Assembly: GCA_963514005.1 (NCBI GenBank)
Contig: OY740796.1
Coordinates: 50,096,001 to 50,160,000 of the forward strand
Length of the DNA stretch: 64,000 nucleotides
Direction: 5' to 3'
Source of the DNA: Raja brachyura
Taxonomy: Eukaryota
Of this stretch, positions 12,613 through 25,874 are shown piece by piece (position 1 is the stretch's first letter; each line of letters opens with the position of its first letter). Under the pieces are notes generated by a model. It had not been told where the DNA came from. It did no database searches and saw only the letters and a list, made by a program, of their open reading frames with translations. The position numbers and the translations under genes are program-made.

Positions 12613-13999
12613 TGCAGACCTGTTTTTGGACACGTAATTTGGACGCTTAATCCAATGGATTAGAACACCTTGTTAAAGCACAAAAAAAAGATAATTGACA
12701 AATTATCAAAATTGTATTCTCAGTAAAAACTATAAAGCTGTCAATTCACAACATTTCAACCTATTCAGTTATGTCCTTTTGTTGTTCAATCATAAAATTC
12801 TCCTTCAGTTTGGGTTACACACCAACCGAGTTGTTCCTGAATTTCCCAGACATGATCAAGCAAACGATTCATTTGTATCAAATTAAAGGTCCCCAATCAA
12901 TATCTGAATGAAACTGATAATGAATGAAACTTGGACTCAGGATCAGATGAAAAGTTATATTCTATATTCCTTGATCTTATCTCCAATTATGTATTAATGG
13001 TAATATTAATGTATTATTCGATTCCTTATGATTTTTTTCTCTCTTTTTTATTATTCTTAATTTATTTTAAAAAACTATTAGAGGCAGAATGATTCAATTG
13101 ATAATATTAATAATGTATGATTGATGTACACAAAATGTTTCTACCATAATACGCGTTTGCCAATTTATTGTTTACCTCTAATAAAAATATATTTTAAAAA
13201 AAAACTAGTAATAGGCAATAAAGGATTTAGAGAAAATTGTCCAGCACCAAATCTATTAAATTATCACACAATCGCCAGGACAGTCACAGCACTTTTGGGA
13301 GAAATCCTAAACAGCAAAGAGTTCGACAGAATTTATAGCTAAACAAATTTTACCATCAAACATTAATCAAAGCAGCAGAACAATTGATAAAAAAATATTA
13401 ATTTCATCATGAAACAATCTCACTATTTCCATAATCAAGCAGTATCTTCCAATTCAAGCAAGAAACATGAATGCAGCTAAAACCAAATGTTGCCTGACAA
13501 AGCCAAATTATATTCATACAGATTCACAATTAGAAAAAAAATTAATGTATTGCGGTAGATACAGTACCAAATTGTACTGGCATCTCAAACACAGACGACA
13601 CACATTTATTGAAGGCACCTTCAACTGAATTCAATACTCCAGCACGTTAATGAATATGTTCCACTCAAGCTGAAATTCAATTCTGCCAAGGCTAGGCAAT
13701 GGGGAATTCCAGAATCAGATTGATGATTTTTTGTTAGGCATGGGTATCAAGTGTTATGAAACCAAGACAAATAGATGGAGTTAAGATATAGATCAGCTGA
13801 AATCTAGACAAATAGTAGAATAGGCTTGAAGATCAACATGGGTTATATTTCAGAGTCGCCTGTTGCTTTGTTTTAGAAATCTGAGGCAATATGAAGAAAA
13901 GTAACAAATAAAAACATTTAATTAAGTTTTGAATTGCAAACCTCTTCAAAATCGATGACACCACAAGAAAACTAAAATAGATCCAGGATTTCACTAATA

Positions 14000-14146
14000 T
14001 GGATAGGTATATGGACGGGAAGGGAATTGAGGGGTATGGTGTGAGTGCAGGTAGATGGGACTAGGGGAAAATAAATGGTCGGCACGGACTGGAAGGGCCG
14101 AGAAGGCCCATTTCCGTGCTGTAATTGTTAAATGGTTATATGGTTA
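14000..14146 (+). mobile_element. CR1 3' UTR fragment
   Basis: GGATAGGTATATGGA...GGGCCGAGAAGGCC...(ATGGTT) tail. Confidence 0.65.
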
Positions 14147-14177
14147 ATAAAAACACAAAAAAAATGATAAATGTGTT

Positions 14178-14782
14178 AGAAACATAGAAAATAGGTGCAG
14201 GAGGCCATTCGGCCCTTCGAGCCAGCACTGCCATTCAATATGATGATGGCTGATCGTCCTCTATCAATAACCCGTGCCTGCCTTCTCCCCATATCCCTTG
14301 ACACCACTAGCCCCAAGAGCTCTATCCAACTCTCTCTAAAAATCCATCCAGTGATTTGGCCTCCACTACCCTCTGTAGCAGGGAATTCCATAAATTCACA
14401 ACTCTCTGGGTAAAAAAGTTTTTTCTCAGCTCAGTCTTAAATGACCTCCCCTTTATTCTAAGACTGTTGCCCCTGGTTCTGGACTCACCCAACATTGGGA
14501 ACATTTTTCCTGCATCTAGCTTGTCCAGTCCTTTTATAATTGTATATGTTTCTATAAGATGCCCCCTCATCCTTCTAAACTCCAGTGAATACAAGCCTAG
14601 TCTGTTCAATCTTTCCTCATATGACAGTCCCACCATCCCAGGGATCAATCTCGTGAACCTACGCTGCACTGCCTCAATCACAAGGATGCCTTCCTCAAAT
14701 TAGGAGACCAAAACTGTACACAATACTCCAGATGTGGTCTCACCAGAGCCCTATACAACTGCAGAAGAACCTCTTTATTCCT
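14178..14782 (-). mobile_element. CR1 LINE 3' portion
   Basis: ORF IEAVQRRFTRLIPG...FFTQRVVNLWNSL; (TTTCTATG)n tail. Confidence 0.92.
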
Positions 14783-15879
14783 GTGTTGAATAGTAGTTAC
14801 TGAGTTCAGCTTTTAGCAATAATTTTCACAAATAAAATTGAGGCCATTAACATTTACCAAGATCACAGTGATATGAAACTTCAATTATGAGAGAGCTTTA
14901 TAAAAAAAAGTAATTTGAGATTCTCTTCAGTGGAATGAATAATTGAAAACTTTGAAAATTCAAATTTATCAACACTTCTAATAAAATGCGGAAAAATTAT
15001 TTCCATGATACAACAGCTGTACAACATCCAAATTAAACCGATTAAAAAAACAAACCTGTTTTCACATCCTTATAATAGGTGTTTCCATAAGAAATGTTTA
15101 ATGGTAATTGTTTAATTCATAGCGGTTATTTCACAAAACATGTTTAATATCTTATTTCAGGTAATTTATGATTTTCTGAGATTTGCAATGGTGTTGACAT
15201 GGTTTACTGTTTGCATCATAAAATACAAAATATCATCAATTTGGCTGATATTTTCCAACCTCGGTCACATTCGTATGGTCGATCTTTGACTATTCCTCAA
15301 TTTCTCCATCTCCATTTCTGCTGCTGCTGAACAATCACCCTTCGAAAGGCTGCGACTCCAAGAATAACCTTTAACATATTCCCCCAGTTTCCCCCAAGGA
15401 ATCTATTCCATTCTCCCAATTTCCCTCTCTCTATCCCAGAAGTTCTGACACTATGACAAAGGCAAAATGCTTGAAATACAATAATTCTTTATTCTCATTC
15501 TAAATGAATGATTTTTTGGTAAACAATTTGTGAAGCAAAGTGTTGCTAATCAAAACGCCCCAGCAAAATATATCACAGACATTTTGGTAAAATATATTTT
15601 TGGGAGAGGAGAATGATGCATTATTTGATATTAAAAAAAAAATGTTCATAAATCGAAGACACATACCACAAAGAATCAATGGCATGTTTCACAAAAATGT
15701 GTAAATGTAACATTTATAAATAGAGGCAATACCGAAAAAGCCAAAAGTGCTAGATGTTCCCGAGTGTTTTGAGCATTTTCAGTCTTTAAACTCAGCAATT
15801 AGGCAGAATCAATGAAAATACAAATAGAGTTAATAGAGTTGAAGACCTTTCTTAAGAACTGAGAAAGAGAAAACAAAAT

Positions 15880-16056
15880 GGAGACAAGGAAAAGCAGATG
15901 TTGATTTATTTAAAAACAAATGCAAAGTGCTGGAGTAACTCGGGTGTCAGCATCTCTGGAGAATGTGGATAGGTCTGCACCAGATACATCACTTATCCAT
16001 ATTCTCCAGAGATGTTGTCTGACCCGCTGAGTTACTCCAGCACTTTGTGTCTTTTA
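15880..16056. mobile_element. Older hairpin element (core eroded)
   Basis: Inverted arms GTGCTGGAGTAACTC / GAGTTACTCCAGCAC, with a flanking direct repeat AAAGAGAAAACA. Confidence 0.7.
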
Positions 16057-16233
16057 AAAAAAGAGAAAACACAAATTTGTTTTATCATCCAGAGAGGACA
16101 AGACCAGGATTGCTAAGGTGATGTGCAGGAAGGAACTGCAGATGCTGGTTTAAATTGAAGATACACAAAGTGCTGGAGTAACTCAGTGGAACAGGCAGCA
16201 TCTCTAGAGAGGAATGGGTGATGTTTCAGGTCT

Positions 16234-17238
16234 TTGAATTGAATTGAATTACCTTTATTGTCATTCAGACCTTTCGGTCTGAACGAAATGTCATGCCTGC
16301 AGTCATACATATATTAAAAATAACAAAACCACACAATAAACACAAATTTCACATCCACCACAGTGAGTTCACCAAACACCTCCTTACTGTGGTGGAAGCC
16401 AAAAGTCTTAGAGTCTCTATCTTCTTCCCTCCTTGTTCTCCCTCTGCCCTGAGGAGATCCAGGCCTCCGATGCTGCTGTCCACCAGGCCCGCGGCCGAGC
16501 CTCCGAAACCGGGCCGCCGCCACCGCCGGAACACCGCCACAGGGCCCGCCGCTGGAACGCTGGAGCACCGCAGCCCTGAAAGCCAGGTCCCCGCTGGAGC
16601 ACTGCAGCCCCGAAAGCCAGGCCGCCGCCGGAAAGTCGCTGGAGCACTGCAGCCCCGAAAGCCAGGCCGCCGCCGGAAAGTCGCTGGAGCACCGCAGCCC
16701 TGAAAGCCAGGTCGCCGCTGGAGCACTGCAGCCCCGAAAGCCAGGTCGCCGCTGGAGCACCGCAGCCCTGAAAGCCAGGTCGCCGCTGGAGCACCGCAGC
16801 CCCGAAAGCCAGGTCGCCGCTGGAGCACCGCAGCCCTGAAAGCCAGGTCGCCGCTGGAGCACCGTAGCCCCGAAAGCCAGGTCGCCGCTGGAGCACCGCA
16901 GCCCCGAAAGCCAGGCCTCCAGAACACCACTGGAGCACCGCAGCTCCGAAGCCAGGTCGCCGCTGAAGCTCCGAAGCCGTACCGCCGCCGCTGGAAGTTG
17001 GAAGGCCGCCAGCTCCGCCATTAGGACCTCAGCACAGACGGAGACGGTGACGGGGGACACGACAAGAAAAGTCGCATCCCCCCGAAGGGAGAGACTAAAA
17101 CCCCGTTTCTCCCACCCTCCCCCACACATACACAACCTAATAAACCAAAAATAATCACTAAAAACAGACACAAAGACAAAAATAAAATACAGATGGACTG
17201 CAGGTGAGCCGCAGCTGCCAGGCAGTGCCGCCACTTTC
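16234..17238 (-). mobile_element. Non-coding GC-rich retroposon with Rex1-like tail and internal minisatellite
   Basis: The minus strand ends AATAAAGGT(AATTC)n. There is no RT. Its architecture is shared with 62648-63335. Confidence 0.7.
16558..16965. repeat. 34-bp GC-rich minisatellite, about 11 units (two of 45 bp)
   Basis: Unit GCTGGAGCACCGCAGCCCYGAAAGCCAGGTCGCC starts at 16683, 16717, 16751, 16785, 16819, 16853 and 16887. Confidence 0.95.
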
Positions 17239-18336
17239 GAACTGAAGAACGGCCTCGACCCGAAACGTCGCCCATTCCTTCTCTCCAGAGATGCTGCCTG
17301 GCCCGCTGAGTTACTCCAGCATTTGGTGTCTAACTGGTGTGGTGATAAATTGTTAATGAAACAAACTGAAACTTTGAATTTCGCCAAAACAAACTTTACT
17401 TCTGCCTGGATACAAATTAATCAAAAATACTACAATTGGCCAGGGATCCCAAATATTCACCATGATTGATGAAGCAATTGCATATGCAAACATTGGTCTC
17501 AATTGATTCAATTACTGCATCATTTTGGTTTTAAAATGATGTTATTATCTGCTGAAAACAATCCAGCTTAAAATCCCCGAGAGTTTTGTATATTTTTATT
17601 TCTTTGCTGTGACATGATATTAATGAAAAATGTACATCAAAAATAAAATTTTGGCATTGAAGCAAAAGTGAAATCACTAAATTAAAACAATTTTATGAAG
17701 TAAAAATAATTATGTGCTGTTTTATTGTCATCTTTTCTATTCCTGCTATTAAATTTTTAATTTCTTAAATTAATCTTTCAATTATTTAATCTTTCACCCC
17801 CGCCAATTTATTTTTTAGTTGGGACTCTTCGTCAGATTGTTTCTTCAGAGATGCTGCCTGACTGCTGAGTTACTCCAGCACTTTGTGTCTTTTTTTTTTT
17901 TTAAGTAAGCAATTGAAATTAAGTGTGAATATATTTGCATGCATGTACTGTAAGTTAGTATAGTTAGCTGCTTGTCAAAGTTTTACAGATGTTTTCAGGG
18001 GAAAGCTACTTCAGTGCACACTGAAGACCAGAATGCTTTGGGCCAGCAAGATAAGCCATCGACATGGGGTGAATGCAGGCAGCCATTTTGGACATTGGAC
18101 TCCTGCAAGCATTACTTATCTCACAGTTTGAGAAAAAGTAAACATAAATGTATTATTTATTAAGGGTTATGAGAACAAAGGTGGGATTGGATGATATCCA
18201 TATGAACCAATTACATCCGCTGAATAGGTCAGAGAGAACCAAAGGTCATGGTGACAAAGTTACATAAAGCCAGTATGAGGCTGAACAGACAGCTCTTCCC
18301 CAGAGACAAATGGACTCCTAGAATAGGTTACTAGCC

Positions 18337-18664
18337 CAGGGCTACCAACCTTGGGTGAGAGTTGAGATTGAGAAATTGCGAATGAGCGTAGCGACTGGGG
18401 GCGGGGGGGGTGTGGGAGGGTGGTGTTCCCCCTCCCACAGTAAGGAGCTTTTACATTTTTCAGCTTGGAATTGTGCAATCTGGTGCATACTGTAGCGAGT
18501 CATTTAACTTACACTTGGATGCAACATTTGTGCTTTAAATTGGATTAGGTATGAATAGGGTTAGGCTAAATTACATTCCAAAATAGAGCCAAGCTCTGCT
18601 CAACAGGTGAAGCACATGAATGACTATATTCATGTATGGCAATCAGATTATATTCATTCTGTTA

Positions 18665-18739
<75 letters not shown>

Positions 18740-19388
18740 ACAAAGCATGTCAGACTTCCATCACTGTTCTGCACAAATAAATCAATCAACCTTGTTCAAG
18801 AAGGAACTGCAGATGTTGGAGAATCAAAGGTCGACAAAATTGTTGGAGAAACTCAGTGGGTGTGGCAGCATCTATGGAGTGAAGGGAATAGGCAACGTTT
18901 CAGGCCGAAACCCTTCTTCAGACGGTTTCAACCGTACCCTTTGAATATAGAAACAAGATGAAAATAATGCCACATATTCAATCATATATGGTTCAATGAA
19001 ATTAAGATACATATGTAAAAATATATATATGGAAACAGACCCTTCCGCCCATCAGGTCCACACCGACCAGCAATCTATCATACACCAATTCCATCCATCA
19101 CGCCAGGAACAATTTACAGAAGCCAATTAACCTACAAACCTGCACCTTTCGGATATGGGAGAAATCGGCAGCAACTCTACGGCTGCACCACCGTGCCACC
19201 CCATTAAATTATTTTTCCGTCAACCAACGCGCTTCCCCAGACCGCACAGATCGCTGGCAGCCGGCGCAAAGGGACAAACTGGCACAGGGACTAAGCTCAG
19301 CATGAGAACTCGGTCATGAGCGTGAGGGGGTGAGAAATAGCTCCAAGGCGTGATTCTCACGCCAAAAGCATGAGAGTTGCCAGCCCTG
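18337..19388. mobile_element. Non-autonomous hAT-like element with nested (TA)n, a hairpin-element arm (18793-18923) and a SINE (about 19020-19200)
   Basis: TIRs CAGGGCTACCAAC ... GTTGCCAGCCCTG and subterminal TGAGA repeats; no TSD recognisable. Confidence 0.6.
18668..18736. repeat. (TA)n microsatellite
   Basis: Seen directly. Confidence 0.98.
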
Positions 19389-19516
19389 CTATGTTGAAAG
19401 ACCAAAACATCAGAACAGGGCCTGCTTCCATTTTCATTGAACCCTTAACATTAAGAATGGAAAAGTGACCCATTCACCCACTCAGTGCTTTTGCAGCAGA
19501 AATTGAAATTCTATTT

Positions 19517-19830
19517 TTAGTTTAGGTTAGTTTAAAGATACACCACAGAAACAGGCCCTTCAGCCCACCCGGTCTGCGCCGACCAGCGATCCCCGCACAT
19601 TAACACTACCATAGGGATAATTTTTACATTTACCAAGCCAATTAACCTACAAACCTGTATGTCTTTGGAATGTGGGAGGAAACCGAAGATCTCAGAGAAA
19701 ACCCACGCAGGTCACGGGGAGAATGTACAAACTCCGTATAGCCAGCACCTGTAATCGGGATGGAACCCAGGTCTCCGGCGCTGTATTCAGTGTAAGGCAG
19801 CAACTCTACCGCTGCACCACCATGACTGCC
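19517..19830 (-). mobile_element. Full-length HE1-type tRNA SINE
   Basis: Minus-strand head GGTGGTGCAGCGGTAGAG (A box) ... GGTTCCATCCC (B box), V-domain and CR1-like tail. Confidence 0.88.
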
Positions 19831-19964
19831 CAAATTTCTATTAGAATATTCTATTTCTCTCTGTATTGTCCTGTTGCAAAACTTTGCATGGTCCCTCATG
19901 GTGCAGTTGGCCCATGTCTGTGCCGAATATGATAATTATTCTCCTCTGCCAAAATGTGATCCAC

Positions 19965-20260
19965 ATCCCTCCATTCCGTGCACATCCACATGCCTAACTA
20001 AAAGTCTCTTAAATGCAACTATCATATTTCCCTCATCATATCATCACTGACAGCGTGTTCCAGCCATCCACCACCTTGTGTAAACAAAACCTGCCTCCAC
20101 ATCTCATTTAAAGTTTTCCACTCTAATCTTGAAACTATGCCCTCCCATCTTTGACATTTAATCCATGCGGCATTCTGGTAAACTTCTTCTGCATCAACCC
20201 CAGCCTCCACATTCTTTCACGGCAACCAGAACCGCACACAATATTCCAAATGTGGCTAAG
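19965..20260 (-). mobile_element. Old CR1 fragment
   Basis: Degenerate sequence encoding LFTQ.G and VQ.KFTRM-like motifs. Confidence 0.6.
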
Positions 20261-21573
20261 AATGAGCCTTCTTTCTGTGTCATCAATTTTCTACGACTCT
20301 AAAAACTCTCAAGGATGAAAGACAATAATGATCTTACTCAAGAAGTTTTAAAGTCCAATTCATATCATTGCTTCAGTCACAAATATAGATCAAACAGTAT
20401 TGCTGATTTGATCCATGCTTGGTTTTGCTGCTGTCAACCTGATCCATAATCCATGTCAGGTTTCCACACTATCACCTAGTGGCATGCAGGCAGCCATGTT
20501 AGTTCAACTTACGACTCCAGAGCCTACAGTACTCATTTTGATGGTCGCTGTATGTATTCTAATTAAAGTACTTATGATATATAATGACTCAGTATCAATA
20601 GTACTTCGCATAACAAATACTTTTGAGTAATTATCACCTATCCCTTTAAACAGTTCTTACTTGTTCAGTATGTATTATACAAAGTACAGGCAAGGCAGTC
20701 AGCCACTTTTGAATTCAGTTCAAATCCTTGAGTGAAGAATATTTATGAGACAAGATAGTTTAAAACTAAGTCAGTTGGATCCATGTGAAAGACTACAGTT
20801 TGTGTGTTTATTTATTCATGGCATGAAAAAGCGATCAGCTTCAGATGTGACTGCCACCATTCTTTGGCTGATTTCACTGTGCAAGAACCTATCCTTCTCT
20901 CCCAAAGGTCCTCTGCGGATAAATAATCTGCTGTATTCTCCCGACTCATAAATGAAAAATGTTACAAGATGCTGGAGAGTTGCTAGCTCCTATCAATCAA
21001 CCTCCATCCCATAAAGCTATCTTGAGGGAGAGGAGAAAAAAGAAATCTTCTTTACAAGCTATAACCTAGAAAATCAATTAACACAAGCAAGATTTTGATG
21101 CAAATATTAAACTGTGGCTTAAATGCAACTTCATGATATGTACAGCAAACACACTGATAAAGCAGGGTAATTATCATGCAACATTCAATCATTGTTTTGC
21201 TGTATATCTAAACCAAGCATGTGCAATTCAATACTCTTTGTTGCCTATGCAGAGGAAACCTCATCTAAAAATACATATTCACTATCTGCGGGACTCGTGC
21301 TCCATCATACGAGTGCCTATTTGATGTCTTTTAAGTGTTTTGTCCATTGTTTTAAGTTATTGTGCACTAAGTTGGATGAACCAGGGAAGACCACAGTGTT
21401 CACATGGTGGAAACAAGAGACCCTGTTGCAACCTAGCCTTGTAATAGTCATCCAGATAACAAAATCTGGAATTTGTTTGGTGCTTAACTGCAATACAACT
21501 TAACAGATGATGAGTAGTGAGGAACTGCAGATGCTGGTTTAAACCAAAGATAGACACAAAAAGCTGGAGTAAC

Positions 21574-22250
21574 TACCGATTTGACTTGCAGATTAACTTT
21601 TTGGGAATCCTGCACCAGCACTCCCAAGTCCCTTTGCATCTCCGATTTCTGGATTCTCTCCCCATTTAGAAAATAGACTATGCCTTTATTCCTACTGCCA
21701 AAATGCATGACTCTATATTGGCTATATTCCATCTGTCACTTCTCTGCCCACTCTTCCAACCTGACCAAATCCTTCAGCAGAGTCCCTGCTTTCACCACCT
21801 GACCTTCCACCTATTTTCATCAGCAAACTAGGCCACAATGCCTTCAGTCACCTCATCCAAATCATTAATTTACAACATGAAGAGTCGTAGTCCCAGCACC
21901 AACTCTCGTGGAACTTCACTGGTCACTGGCAGTCAAACAGAAAAATACCCTTTATTGCCACTCTTTGCCTTCTGCCATCCAGCGAATCTGCTATCCAGGT
22001 TAGTATCTGTCCCTTGACACCATGGGCTCCCATCTTCCTTAGCAGCCTCACGTGTGGCACCTTATCAAAGACTTTCTGAAAATCTAGGTAAACAACGTCC
22101 ACCAACTCTCCTTTGTCTGTCCTATTTACTTCAAAGAATTTCAGCAGATTAGTCAGGCAAGATCTCCCCTTCACAAAACCATGCTGACTTCGGCCTATTT
22201 TATCATGAACTAAGTACTCTGTAACCTCATCCTTTATAATCTGTATATAT
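21574..22250 (-). mobile_element. CR1 RT fragment
   Basis: ORFs KGRSCLTNLLKFF...YLDFQKVFDKVPH and VMHFGSRNK...QRDLGVLV. Confidence 0.9.
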
Positions 22251-23893
22251 TCCTTTGTATGAAGTCCTCTGCCAGTGCTGGCAAGAAGGAGCTGTACCGC
22301 AGGACATGAGGGATGCCACGATCATTACCCTCTACAAGAACAAGGGCGAGAGAAGTGACTGCGACAATTACAGAGGCATCTCCCTCCTCAACATCGTCGG
22401 CAAAGTCTTTGCTTGGGTCATCTTGATCCGCCTGCAGAAGGTGGCAGAACACGTCTACCCAGAGTCACAGTGGGGTTTCCGAGCTCGAAGGTCAACAGTA
22501 GACATGGTCTTCTTCCTTAGCCAGCTCCAGGAGAAGTGCAGAGAACAGCAGACGCACCTCTGTGTAAATGTTGCTTTCATTTACCTCACCAAGGCATTCG
22601 ACCTCGTCAACAGAGATGGCCTATTTAAGGCACTGCCAAAGATCGGCTGCCTACCAAAACTGGTGAGCATTATAGAATCCTTCCACATCAACACGAAGGG
22701 GACAGGGCAGTTCAATGGGAGCTACTCGGAGCCCTTCAACATCCGCAGTGGCGTCAAACAAGGCTGCGCCCTTGCTTTACACTCTTTGGGATTTTCTTTG
22801 CTCTGCTCCTGAAACCGCAACAGAGGGGATCTACCTGCGTACTAGATCAGATGGCAGACTCTTCAACCTCACCCACCTCAGGGCCAAGACAAAAGTATGT
22901 GTAGCTCTCATCAGAGACATGTTGTTTGCCGCATGTTGACGCAGCAGTTGTGTCCCACGCCCAGCAGGAACTACAGTCACTGATGGACCGCTTCTATTGG
23001 GCTTGCAAGGACTTCGGGCTGACCATCAGCCTGAAGACGATGAACATCCTGGGGCAGGACACAGAGGCACCGTCTATCATCACCATCGACGACTACGAAC
23101 TCGATGCCGTCCATCAGTTCACGTACCTCGGCTCCACCATCACCGACAACCTCTCCTTGGACACAGAAATTGACAAGAGGATCGGGAAGGCAACTACAAC
23201 TCTCGCTCGCCTCGAGTATGGACCAACCCAAAGCTGACAGTGAAAACAAAGATAGCAGTCTACAATGCCGGTGTCAACGGCACGCTGCTGTACGGTAGTG
23301 AGACATGGACTACATATGCCAGGCAGGAGAGAAGACGCAACACCTTCCACCTGAGAAGTATCCGCTGTATCCTGGCAAGACAGTGCCCAACGCCGAGATC
23401 CTGTCTTGTGTTGGCCTTTCCAGAATGTACACTCTACTCAGGCAGCGCAGACTGCGGTGGCTGGGCCATGCCCACCGCATGGAGGATGGCAGTATTCCAA
23501 AATACATCCTCTGTGGAGAGCTGAAATCTGGGAGAAGAACCATCGGCCGCCCCCAGCTACATTACAAGGATGTCCGCAAGAGAGATATGAAGGCGCTCGA
23601 CATCAACGTGGAGTCCAGGGAGAGCCTTGCAGCTGACCTCATGCAATACCCTGAACCAACATCACAAAACGGGGGAAGAGAAACTGATGAACACAGCGGC
23701 AGACAAGCAGGAACGCAGAAAGGAGTGCAGGAACTTCAACAGACCAGAGACCACACACAAATGTGACCTTTGCAACAGAGACTGTCACTCCCGCATTGGT
23801 CTCTGGAGCCACAAGCGACACTGCTCGAGCCGAGGTTTGGAGCGAGCAGCCAACATCTTGGATGCATCACCCATGGTGAGTCATGACCGAAGG
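22251..23893 (+). mobile_element. RTE-clade LINE, 5'-truncated, frameshifted
   Basis: DATIITLYKNKG.RSDCDNYRGISLL, SGVKQGC, FTYLGS, LLYGSETW and RRLRWLGH, plus a C-terminal C2H2-like motif CDLCNRDCHSRIGLWSHKRHC. Confidence 0.92.
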
Positions 23894-24230
23894 GTGGGTG
23901 GGTGGGTGTGTCTGTCTTGGGGGAACGGGCGAGTGGTGGAATATTGTGTTGGGGAATGGGTTGCGTTGGGGGACCAGGCCACCCATGTGACTGGGTCCTA
24001 ATGGGTCCCACTCAGTCTATATTATATATTACTAAAACTCTCATCTTGTTTGTTTGTATGCATGCGTGTGCGATCTCGAAACAACACCAAAACAGCACAC
24101 GATAGCGCTACAATTTTGGCCCACCTTACTCACCATTATCCTGGGTGTGCTGTGGCAGGTTTCGTTCAGATTGATGGTATATTTTACAAGTTATTCACAT
24201 TTTAATCTTTACGAAAACAACTTTAAAAAA

Positions 24231-24701
24231 ACATAGAAACATAGAAAATAGGTGCAGGAGTAGGCCATTCGGCCCTTCCAGCCTGCACCGCCATTCAATA
24301 TGATCATGGCTGATCATCCAACTCAGTATCCCGTACCTGCCTTCTCTCCATACCCCCCTGATCCCTTTAGCCACAAGTGCCACATCTAACGCCCTCATAA
24401 ATATAGCCAATGAACTGGCCTCAACTACCTTCTGTGGCAGAGAATTCCAGAGACTCACCACTCTCTGTGTAAAGAATGTTTTCCTCATTTCGGTCCTAAA
24501 GGAATTCCCCCTTATCCTTAGACTGTGACCCCTTGTTCTGGACTCCCCCAACATCGGGAACAATCTTCCAGCATCTAGCTTGTCCAACCCCTTAAGAATT
24601 TTGTAAGTTTCTATAAGATCCCCCCTCAATCTTCTAAATTCCAGCGAGTACAAGCCGAGTCTATCCAATCTTTCCTCATATGAAAGTCCTGACATCCCAG
24701 G
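24231..24701 (-). mobile_element. Young CR1 3' fragment
   Basis: PGMSGLSYEERLDRLGL... and the (TTTCTATG) tail; appears identical to 46593-46883. Confidence 0.93.
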
Positions 24702-25257
24702 ATTTTTCCACTTCCACTGCCCGTTAGCAGCGTATGACGTCACAATGGGATCCCGAATTTCACTTACATTTTAAAAAATTGCAATTTTCAACAAAAAAAA
24801 TCAATTTTATTCAAATTCTTCCGTTTTCATTCATTTCATTCATTTACATTTTTTTTAAACCGCTGTTTTAAAAAAACTCTGTATTAATCAAATTCTTGGG
24901 GGTACGTTTCTTTTTTTTAAATTGCGATTTTTATTTTGGGGGTTGGGACAGGAGGGAAGGGAAAGTGGGGGAGGTATTGAGGGAGAGGGGAAAGTGGGAG
25001 AGGTGTGGCGGGAGAACGGGAGATAGAGGTAGAGGAGGAGTGAGGTGGGGAGTGGGGGATAGAGGAGGGCAGTGGGGCAGGTGAGGAGAGAGTGGGGGGT
25101 TGTGATAGGGGAGGTGAGGAGTGGGGGATAGAGGGATAGGAGGGGGTAGGGAGGGGAGAGGGGTTATGGAGAGAGGGAGTGACTGAGGGTAGGGGAAATG
25201 GGGGGGAAGGAGAAGTGAGCGGGGAGGGGAGGAGGAGAGGGGAAAGAAGAGGGAGGG

Positions 25258-25874
25258 CTTCAGGTTCCTGGGAGTCAACCTCTCCGACGACCTCTCTTGG
25301 ACCCACAATACCTCAACTCTGATCAAGAAGGCTCACCAGCGTCTCTTCTTCCTGAGGAGACTGAAGAAGGTCCATCTGTCTCCTCAGATCCTGGTGAACT
25401 TCTACCGCTGCACCATCGAGAGCATCCTTACCAACTGCATCACAGTTTGGTATGGCAACTGCTCTGTCTCCGACCGGAAGGCATTGCAGAGGGTGGTGAA
25501 AATTGCCCAACGCATCACCGGTTCCTCGCTCCCCTCCATTGAGTCTGCCCAAAGCAAGCGTTGTCTGCGGAGGGCGCTCAGCATCGCCAAGGACCTCTCT
25601 CACCCCAACCATGGACTGTTTACCCTCCTACCATCCGGGAGGCGCTACAGGTCTCTCCGTTGCCGAACCAGCAGGTCCAGGAACAGCTTCTTTCCGGCGG
25701 CTGTCACGCTACTCAACAATGTACCTCGGTGACTGCCAATCACCCCCCCCCGGACACTTATTGTTATTTATTCAAATCATTTGCTGTGTCGCTCTTCCAG
25801 GGAGATGCTAAATGCATTTTGTTGTCTCTGTACTGTACACTGACAATGACAATTAAAATTGAATCTGAATCTGA
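25258..25874 (+). mobile_element. Young Rex1/Babar 3' fragment
   Basis: FRFLG, NFYRCTIESILT and LPSGRRYRS motifs; (GAATCT)n tail. Confidence 0.92.

Larger units (their letters stand above)
16121..17333. mobile_element. Hairpin element split at its centre by a 1-kb insertion
   Basis: Left arm 16121-16233; right arm 17239-17333 containing CTGAAGAACGGCCTCGACCCGAAACGTC. Confidence 0.75.

Noticed and set aside
16293-17387. Long overlapping ORFs (136-357 aa) with repeated peptides
   Set aside because: They arise from a stop-poor 34-bp GC-rich minisatellite whose unit length is not a multiple of 3, so there is no protein signal.
19770-19830. tRNA-like sequence
   Set aside because: It is the head of an HE1-type SINE, not a tRNA gene.
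24896-25326. Proline-rich and glycine-rich ORFs
   Set aside because: Low-complexity purine tract inside a Helitron-like element. The same applies to 40769-41038.
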